In this document: positions 1 through 8,400 of the stretch, piece after piece | Layout of the letters: the number at the start of each line of letters is the position of its first letter | Numbering within the stretch: the stretch's first letter is position 1 | Assembly (NCBI GenBank): GCA_016839555.1 | Contig: JAEOUA010000003.1 | Location: 160,001-224,000 of the forward strand | Reading direction: 5' to 3' | From: Promethearchaeota archaeon | Lineage (GTDB): Archaea > Asgardarchaeota > Lokiarchaeia > Sigyniarchaeales > SOKP01 | Length of the DNA stretch: 64,000 nt | Made by a program: the position numbers and the translations under genes | The notes under the pieces: generated by a model | What the model was told of the DNA's origin: nothing | Databases searched by the model: none | What the model saw: the letters and a program-made list of their open reading frames with translations, nothing else

Positions 1-818
1 TTTAATGTCATCTCTTCTTTTATTTTGGTATCATTTATTTTCTTTTTAATATCTTCAAATGACTTAACTAAATCTCTAATTCTTTCAGAAAACTTTTTGA
101 ATTTTTGGAATTTATTCAAATCATTATTATTACGAGCGATTTTAAAATTAATTTTTTCCTGCTTCTGCTTTTGAATTTCTAATTTTTTTTGATATTCTTT
201 TTTTTCTTTCTGAGAATGGTCTAATGTGGCTTTAAAGGTATCGATTATTTTAACCTCTTTTTCAAAATCAAGGGCACGTTCTCTAAACGCATTTGATAAA
301 GCAGTAGCTGTTTTAATGCCAAAAACAATATCTAACTTTTCATCACCCATTAATATTTTAGAAATTTCTCCCTGAGAAAAATGAATTCCTGCCTCAAAAA
401 GTCGCTTAGAAATCCCAAGAAGTTCGTTTAATTTTAAAGATAAAACTCCCTCTGAATCTCCAAAATCTGTTGCTAAAAGATATTTTTCTTTATCTTTATT
501 TATAATTTTTTTTAAGGTGAAAAATCCATTAGCAGAACGTGATTTTCCCTTTAATTTGTGCATTCTCTGTAATTTATAAATGTTATCATCTTTACCTTTA
601 AAGATAAGCTCCACGCCCACAATATTTTGTTCAAATCGAGTCAATTGTGAAATACTTCGAAATCCTCGAACCATTCCAAAAAGAGCGTATTCTATAGCAT
701 AAAATATTGTTGTTTTACCTGCATTGTTTTTTCCATGAATTAGATTGAAGTGTTCATCTAAATGTATATTTAAGTCTTCATGTCTTCTAAAGTTTTTTAA
801 TTTTATTGATTTAATCAT
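1..818 (-). CDS. Second Rad50/SbcC-like SMC-family ATPase, N-terminal part (runs off the window edge; not in the ORF track)
   Basis: Manual translation from ATG at 818: MIKSIKLKNFRRHEDLNIHLDEHFNLIHGKNNAGKTTIFYAIEYALFG...GIHFSQGEI... It has Walker A GKNNAGKT, a Q-loop, then a K/E/Q-rich coiled coil, and the frame is open to the edge. The ATG overlaps the TAA of the upstream small ORF. Confidence 0.9.
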   Translation of the reverse strand, partial: MIKSIKLKNFRRHEDLNIHLDEHFNLIHGKNNAGKTTIFYAIEYALFGMVRGFRSISQLTRFEQNIVGVELIFKGKDDNIYKLQRMHKLKGKSRSANGFFTLKKIINKDKEKYLLATDFGDSEGVLSLKLNELLGISKRLFEAGIHFSQGEISKILMGDEKLDIVFGIKTATALSNAFRERALDFEKEVKIIDTFKATLDHSQKEKKEYQKKLEIQKQKQEKINFKIARNNNDLNKFQKFKKFSERIRDLVKSFEDIKKKINDTKIKEEMTL

Positions 819-1053
819 CTCTAATTTGCTCCATTTCATCCCTTTCTTCTAATATATCTAATTCAAAAATTTCTTTTATTCTTTGGTGCAATTGAATGCG
901 CGCGTCCTTTACTAATTTAAAAGTTTTAGTAAGATTATTCTCATCATCATATAAATAGTTAGCAAATTCAAATAAACGTACGAGATCGTTTTTTTCATTC
1001 TCAGATAATATAAATTGTGCCAATATCTCTAAAAGGTCGAATTTGAAGCTCAT
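811..1053 (-). CDS. Small acidic helical protein (~80 aa) between the two Rad50-like genes
   Basis: ORF track gives 811..1140. The first ~29 codons are AT-rich, intergenic-like sequence, so the likely start is ATG 1053 (MSFKFDLLEILAQF...). It is translationally coupled to the downstream SMC gene. Confidence 0.65.
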   Translation of the reverse strand: MSFKFDLLEILAQFILSENEKNDLVRLFEFANYLYDDENNLTKTFKLVKDARIQLHQRIKEIFELDILEERDEMEQIRDD

Positions 1054-1136
1054 TATAGAAACCATTCTTTTTATTGATTTGTCTTTAATTTTGGTAATAA
1101 AATAATTATAAAAATTAATATAAAAATTATTATTAA

Positions 1137-3854
1137 TCAACTAATTTTAGTTAAATAATTGACTTCTGTCTGTTCATTATCATCTTTTGTCAACTTAATA
1201 ACATATTCACTATGGCGCTTAAAAGAATCATCATGAGAAATAACAAATAATTGATTAAAATTTCTTGAGACATCATTAATATATCTACTGAGATTATTTT
1301 TAGAATTTTCATCAAGATTTATAGTTGGTTCGTCAAAGATCGCAAAGTTAGCAGAGGTTAATGTTTTTAAGATAGCAAGTCTCACTGCTAATGCAGCAGA
1401 CATTTTTTCGCCTCCAGATAATCTTAAAAATCCTTTCTTAGTTCTTGCTTTAATAATTTCGATTTCATAATTCTTGTTCCATATTAATGAGGTGTTTTGG
1501 TCCCCACGGATATTTCTATATATATTTGATGCGTATCTATTTACTTTCTTTATTAATTCCACTCTCATTTTAGGTTTAAATTCTCGTATCCATACACGTA
1601 TTTTCTTCACGAATTTTTGTTCAGCTTTCAAATTTAACTCTTTATTTTGGAATTCTTCGAGTTTTTTTTCCTTATCTTCTAATTTTTTAATAGATTCATT
1701 AACATCATCAAATTGTTCTTCAATATTATTTAAATTTTCTTTCAATTTAATGACCATTTCATGCTTCTCATCAAATTCTTTTTTAAGCTTATCAAAATTT
1801 TCCTCATCAAATTCTTTTTCATATTTTTTCTTTTCCTTTAATTTTTGCTGAGATAGATTTATGATGTTTTCCAATTTATTTTGAGATTCTAATACTTTTT
1901 GCTTTCTATTCACCAATTTTTCTGCTTCATTGATATTTTTTTGGAATTTGTTATATTGAATTTCTAAATCATTCAATTCTTTCCTTATTTTTGCTAATTT
2001 TGATGGAATTTTTTCTTTTTTGTTTATTTCCTGATTAAATATAGTTCTTTTTTGTTCTAGTTCTTTTAATTTAGTTTTAAGGGGTAAAAGATTATCTTGA
2101 ATTTTTTGGAGACTTTGAGCATTTTTGTTATGGATTAAGTATTGATCATAAAAAGTATTTAATTCTTCTATTTGTACTTTAAGGTTATTTTTAGAATTGA
2201 TAAGTTCTTCTTTTTGCGATATGTTTATTTCTATTTCGATAACATCTTCTTTTAAATTTTTTAAATGTTTTTCATATTCTTCAAGTGTAATTAATTTTTT
2301 TTGTAATCTTTCGATTTCAGTTTGGATTTTAGATTTGTTTTTTAATTTATCCTGAATTTCATTGAATTCATTACGTTTTAATCGTAATTCTTTCTTTTTC
2401 CCTTTTATTTCTTTTTTAAAACCTTCAACATTAAAATTTCCTTCTTGTAGATCTGTACATTTTTTACCTGAAAATGGACAGAGTTTATTTTCAATCTTAT
2501 TTTGATTATTTTGATAAAATGAAAGATCATTTTCTATACTTGACATTTCTAATAGTAAAGAATCTTTAATTTTTTCAAGGTTTATGATTTTTTTATGCTC
2601 TTTTTGTATATGTAATAATCCGCTTATTTCATTTCTTAATAAGGCTATTTCTTGGTTTAAATTTGAAATTTTTTTTTTATTTTTTTCTAAAATATTTTCA
2701 CTAGAATCGATTATAGCTAACTTTTTATTTAGTTCTTGTAATTCATTCTTAAAACTTAAAAGTTGCTGATATTTTGGTTCAATTTCTTTTAGTTTTTCTT
2801 TTGAAAATTGAGCGTCTTTTATTTTGTCTTCAAGATTAGTGTATTGATGTTTAATTTCTTGATATTTCTGATTTAATTGGTTTAATTGATCTTTTTGCTG
2901 TGTTAATTCGTCATTTTGAGTTATAAAATTATTTTTAATTTTATAAAGAGATATATATTTTTCATAAGCATTTTTGGTATAATTGCAGATCTTCTCTGCT
3001 TTAAAAGACTCATTCAATTGTTGTTGGAGAGTTTTTAAATTTTCCTCTTCCTTTTTTTTCTCAAAGTTTAATTGATTATTATCTATGGTAATAGTTTCTA
3101 ATTTTTTTTTTAAATCTTTAAGCTTTTCAAGTTTATCTTTAATAATCTTTCTCCTTTTTTTAGATTTTTCTAGCTTTAACGATGTATCTTTCATTTTTTC
3201 GATAAGATTTTCTTGTGCTTTTTGTTTTTCTTCCTTTTCCTTAGTTTCGCCTATTAATTCGCTAATTTTTTTTTGAATTTCAATCAATTTTTCTTTATAT
3301 TTTCTTTCAATTATTCCTAAATTCTCCCAAAATTTTTCATAGATATCTAATTGAAAAATTTCATCAAAATATTCCTTCCTTTCCTTTGGACTCATTAAAA
3401 AACTGTTAATGATCATCCCTTGGGGTATGCCTATTGCTGTGTTAAATAATGTTTCTAGATTCACATCATATTTTACACCAATTTGCTTTTTTATCCAAGA
3501 TTTAAATTTTGAAATAGTATCTATATCAGGTGAAAGAGATTTACCTTTATCATTAGTTACTTGTATATCACTTCGTCCAATAGTGCGTATAATGCGATAT
3601 ATTTTACTATCTGCTCCACTTATCCAGATTTTTACTGTTCCATAGGAAGGTCTCTCGTTTTCAACTGCTCTTATATAGTCTGAATGATGAGTTTTAGACT
3701 TTAAAAAATCGAACAACACGAACCCAATCATTTCAAGAACAGTAGATTTTCCAGCCCCATTATCACCATAAAGAACATTTAATCCTTCTTTAAAAGATAT
3801 AGATGTATTCTTATGGGTTTTAACATTTTTTATTTCTATTTTTCTAATTATCAT
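1137..3854 (-). CDS. rad50: Rad50/SbcC SMC-family ATPase
   Basis: Walker A GDNGAGKS, Q-loop IGIPQG, long coiled coil with central CPFSGKKC, signature LSGGE, Walker B IFDEPT, H-loop ISHD. Start placed at ATG 3854 after a GGGGG SD-like motif (track start 3905). Confidence 0.92.
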   Translation of the reverse strand: MIIRKIEIKNVKTHKNTSISFKEGLNVLYGDNGAGKSTVLEMIGFVLFDFLKSKTHHSDYIRAVENERPSYGTVKIWISGADSKIYRIIRTIGRSDIQVTNDKGKSLSPDIDTISKFKSWIKKQIGVKYDVNLETLFNTAIGIPQGMIINSFLMSPKERKEYFDEIFQLDIYEKFWENLGIIERKYKEKLIEIQKKISELIGETKEKEEKQKAQENLIEKMKDTSLKLEKSKKRRKIIKDKLEKLKDLKKKLETITIDNNQLNFEKKKEEENLKTLQQQLNESFKAEKICNYTKNAYEKYISLYKIKNNFITQNDELTQQKDQLNQLNQKYQEIKHQYTNLEDKIKDAQFSKEKLKEIEPKYQQLLSFKNELQELNKKLAIIDSSENILEKNKKKISNLNQEIALLRNEISGLLHIQKEHKKIINLEKIKDSLLLEMSSIENDLSFYQNNQNKIENKLCPFSGKKCTDLQEGNFNVEGFKKEIKGKKKELRLKRNEFNEIQDKLKNKSKIQTEIERLQKKLITLEEYEKHLKNLKEDVIEIEINISQKEELINSKNNLKVQIEELNTFYDQYLIHNKNAQSLQKIQDNLLPLKTKLKELEQKRTIFNQEINKKEKIPSKLAKIRKELNDLEIQYNKFQKNINEAEKLVNRKQKVLESQNKLENIINLSQQKLKEKKKYEKEFDEENFDKLKKEFDEKHEMVIKLKENLNNIEEQFDDVNESIKKLEDKEKKLEEFQNKELNLKAEQKFVKKIRVWIREFKPKMRVELIKKVNRYASNIYRNIRGDQNTSLIWNKNYEIEIIKARTKKGFLRLSGGEKMSAALAVRLAILKTLTSANFAIFDEPTINLDENSKNNLSRYINDVSRNFNQLFVISHDDSFKRHSEYVIKLTKDDNEQTEVNYLTKIS

Positions 3855-3867
3855 CTTATAATCCCCC

Positions 3868-5442
3868 TTAAATATTAAGATCTCCATCATCAATAATTTC
3901 ATCAATATCTAAATTCTCATCGCCTTCACCATCAATATCTAATAAATTTTTAAATTCTCCCAACTCTTTAGAAAACTCTTCTTCCCACATCTTATCTATA
4001 TTCATTTGCTTCGATATTTTACTTATTTTCTTCTTTTTTTTCTTTTTTGGATTTTTGAATTTTTCTTGTTTTTTAACAATATTTTTAAGTTCTTGGAAGA
4101 TATCTTGATGAAGATTGAACCAATTATTAATATCACTTTTAATAACCTTATAATCAGCATTCTGGGTAAGTTTCTCTTTTAATTGATTTAAGATGAGTTG
4201 GGAAATTTCTTCTTTATGTTCCCGAAAAGTTTCTTCATTTTTTATAGTTGTTAAGAGTGCTTCTTCTTCGATTTTATCAAAACTCCACTCATCATTCATA
4301 TCAAATTCCTCTTCCATTTTAGAAAAGATTTGGTTATTTATTTTCAAACCTAATATTTCAAATGTGTCAAAAATTTTGATTCTTAATTCTGCTAGATCAA
4401 TTTCTAATTCAGAATAGCCCGTTTCACCTTTTATAGAGAGATATAGAACAGGAACATCAAGATTACTTAATAATGGATTAGAATCACTCCTTTCAGGAAC
4501 ACCTAGTTTTCTAAGTTTATCTATTATCATTATTTCAGCTTCTTCAAATGAATTAGATTCTGAAATATCTATAGAAGAAAATGATAAAAATCTTCTATTG
4601 GGAATAGAATAAGCGTCATAAGTATTTCCATTTTCACATAATATTGATTTTACCCTAAAATTGTTATTTTCATCTGGAAATATTTCCACTAAAAAAATTC
4701 CACGGCCTTCGGCGTATTCGTTAATTTCATTAATTTCAAGGCTTCCCGGATTAAATATCCACGGTTGATTTTCGGGTAATTGATATTGTTTATGAAAATG
4801 TCCCAAAGCTAAATAATCAACCTTCTTGTGTAGATCTTGAAGATTTTCAGTTAAATCATATCCTTTTTTTCTTTTATCTTGCCCATTTATCCCAAAATGC
4901 ATCATTAAAATAATGAATTTATCATTCTCTTGAATTTCTTTCCTAATTAAAGGATATAATTCTGGAGTTGAACTCCCAAAATAACTCATTCCATAAATCA
5001 CGGCATTTTTAATCTCTATCTTTCCTCCAATATGATCCCTAGGGGAAAAATTAGCAAACTTAATACTATTAGAATGATAATCATAAGTTCCTGAAAGTAA
5101 AATTATTAAATCTAAATCAGCCAATAATTTCAACCATGTATGTTCTGAAAAGAATGGAGTTTCATGATTACCTTCTATACATATAATAGGTATTACTCTT
5201 TCTATTGTTTCTTGACATTTTATTTGAAAATCTCTTATTGTCTTTATAATATTAATTAATGTAGATGGATTGATCTTACGCTCGTTATCGATTAAATCAC
5301 CGCTAATTAAAACGAAATCAACTTCTTCAAAAATTGCCTTGTTTAATACCCATTCAAATGCTTTGAAAAAATCGTAATATCTTTGAGTGATATTATAAAG
5401 TGTTTTTCCCAAATGTATATCTGCCGCATGTATAAATTTCAA
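3868..5442 (-). CDS. mre11: Mre11/SbcD metallophosphoesterase nuclease with a long C-terminal extension
   Basis: Motifs ADIHLG, GDLID, EGNHE, MHFG, LGHFH, NPGS. TTG start preceded by GGGGAG. Adjacent to rad50. Confidence 0.93.
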   Translation of the reverse strand: MKFIHAADIHLGKTLYNITQRYYDFFKAFEWVLNKAIFEEVDFVLISGDLIDNERKINPSTLINIIKTIRDFQIKCQETIERVIPIICIEGNHETPFFSEHTWLKLLADLDLIILLSGTYDYHSNSIKFANFSPRDHIGGKIEIKNAVIYGMSYFGSSTPELYPLIRKEIQENDKFIILMMHFGINGQDKRKKGYDLTENLQDLHKKVDYLALGHFHKQYQLPENQPWIFNPGSLEINEINEYAEGRGIFLVEIFPDENNNFRVKSILCENGNTYDAYSIPNRRFLSFSSIDISESNSFEEAEIMIIDKLRKLGVPERSDSNPLLSNLDVPVLYLSIKGETGYSELEIDLAELRIKIFDTFEILGLKINNQIFSKMEEEFDMNDEWSFDKIEEEALLTTIKNEETFREHKEEISQLILNQLKEKLTQNADYKVIKSDINNWFNLHQDIFQELKNIVKKQEKFKNPKKKKKKKISKISKQMNIDKMWEEEFSKELGEFKNLLDIDGEGDENLDIDEIIDDGDLNI

Positions 5443-5457
5443 TGTTAATACTCTCCC

Positions 5458-8400
5458 CTATTCTTTATATCTTAATCTAACTTCTTGAATAATATTATTA
5501 AACTTGTTTTTTATTTGAAGAGGCAGTTCTTTGTTACAAAATTCTTCTACGTACATATAAATTTTTGAAGAATTCTTAATAAGCTCCCTTTCATTGGGAA
5601 TATACTGTATAAATTTGTCGCTAGAAATAAATATGAGTTTATTTTTTGCTCTTGAAGTTAATACATTAAATCTATTTAAATTATATATAAAATCATCTTC
5701 CATTTGCAATTTATCCTCATCCGACAACCCTATGGAACAAATTATTAAATCTCTGTCAGAGCCTTGGAATTTCTCCACAGAATAAACTGTATCTTTTAAA
5801 AGTTGCATTAATTTAGATCTTGATAATTTTGTAAAGAGCTTAAATAAATTATATAACTTTCTAATAATAGTACGCCCTTGGGCATTATGTGGTGCCACCA
5901 CCCCAACTTGTTCAGACCAAAATCTAATTTCCTCTTTTCTATTTGAAGGAGCCACCATTATATAAAATCCTTTAACAATTTCAGCAACGATTTGAGCCTC
6001 AAAAAGGCTAATTCCAATTTCAAATTGTTCATTATGAATAATTGAGCATGCTACCCTCTTTGGGAGTAAAATTTCCTTTAACCATAATTTATTAATATTG
6101 CTTAGATTCCCCTGAAGGGTACTTTTTGCATTTTGCTCATATGCCTGTAAATCCTCGTATAAACCCAAAAGAGAGGTAAATTCAACAATATCTTTATGAG
6201 AACGATAATTAACTTTTAATTGTTTACTAGAAATGTTATGCCCCTCAACATAATACCTAAAAACATTATCTAAAATTAATTCAAGGTTTTTCGGTGGCTT
6301 TTTAACCCTCACAGGCGATAATTGATTATGATCTCCAACAATTACTATTTTAGTAAGAGATTCTGGGGATATTTTGTTGTTAGCGATTATTAAAGGATCA
6401 ATCAAGTTCTTGTCATTAATCAATTTTTTTGAAAGCATATCAGTAGGTTTTTCAATAGTAATTTTTGGTTTTTTAATAAATTGCAAACTTGACATAAAGT
6501 AATCTGCTGGCATTTGACTCGCTTCATCCACAAAAATTAAATCGAAAGCAAAATTATCTGCAACCCTCTCCGTTAAATGATATAATTGATGAGCATTCGC
6601 AAAGATAATGAAATTATTTTCTAAAGATTCCTCTAATAAAATAGTGTTAGTCACTGATCTGGGTTTTCCATTTAATTTCCAAGTATTTCCATCTTTCATT
6701 AAATCATCTATATCTCTACATTTCGGGATCTTAGGTATGGGATTTTGTGTACTAGAATGAATAAATATCATCTGGAGCTTTGATGAGGGAGTTTGTTTTC
6801 CAAATATATCTTTACTTTTCCGGATTTTATCTATTATAACTCTTAGTGCTGCATAAGAAAAAGAAGTGATGAGTATTTTAATTGATTTATTTTGCTTAGT
6901 CCGCCTTATAACATATTCATCAATAAAAGCGGCTATAGTCTGAGATTTACCTGTGCCGGGAGGGCCCAATATGGCTGATATTATATTATAGAGAGAATTT
7001 TTTATTGCTTCTTTTTGAGAAGGATCCGGAGTAGGGGCGATTTTTGTAAACAGATGGGGTTCCTTTAACTGCTTATTAAAGTGCTTTAATAATAATGGGG
7101 CAAATAAATAAATTGAGGGAGTTGTAAAAGACCAATTATACGGCCATTTTAATTTGGGCTTAATCCTAAGATTCCATAGAAAAGCTAATCTTGCTCCTAA
7201 CCAAGATTGCCCAAAATTTTCTCTTTGTAGTAAACCATTATTATTTCGACAGTTATATAATTTATTAGACCATGAATCGGGACTAATAGGATAGATATAC
7301 CATTCTTCTTTTACCGGATCTATTCCCTCTTCACTGCAAATATTGTATACATTATTAGATGTTGGTTTTGTAGTTATAATATATCCTCCAATTGATGGAT
7401 CCCATTTTATATCATTAATAGATATAATCCATTTAAAAACTCTATTATCAATTTTCAATCCCCTTTTGGAATTGGGAATTAACAATACTCTATTACCCTC
7501 TTGGATCTTCATATTACAGGAAAGTCCAATAAGAGTAAATTTATATTTTAATGATTTACCTTCTAAATCTATTATTTCAAGGTGTTGTATTCTAGCAGAA
7601 GATAATTTCCCGATACTGAAATCTGGAAACATTGTTCTATAATATTCTTCATCTTGCTGCTGTAAAGCATTATTAAGTCTTGAGAATAAATACCAAACAT
7701 GAGAAATATCATGATATTCAGAGGGTAAAATTGCACTTTTATAATCATGTCGACTAATTGTCCTTGCGTTTTCAGAAAGAGCTGTATTTCCTTCTTTTTG
7801 AAATTTAGAGCGGATTTGATCAATTACATGAAGTTTAAAAATAATTTGCTTTCTAATAATGTTTAATTTTTTCTTCTTTTTCTCTGGATCTTTTTCCCTT
7901 AAATATAATAACCAATTAGCAAGATCCAAGAAATTAAAATGAGGAATCCAGTACATTTTTGTATTTATATTTAATTTAAATAATTTTTTAGCAATGCTAT
8001 GCCAAGTATAATTGATTATATCTGGAAATCCAACACAAGTTTCCGCAAAACTTTGAACGTCAAATAATTTTTTATGTTGATAAGGATTACTGACTTCAGT
8101 ATCTGAGGGCGTAAAATACATTAAAATAGCTTCATAAGCAGCTCTTGCTTTTGTATTACTAATAACTACATTTAAATTTCTCTGTAGCATATCTTGAAGA
8201 TGTTCTAATTGATTTCTAGACCAATAAAAAATGCTTGTGTCTGGACCGATATAATATTTTCCATATTTCCCATTTATATCAATAACAATAAAATCCTCAA
8301 TGATATTGCACATCTGTAATACCAAGTTCAATCTTAATATGGTAGTAATGGTTAGATCAGCTTCACTTTCATTGGTAATATCTTCGTTCACCTTCGCAAA

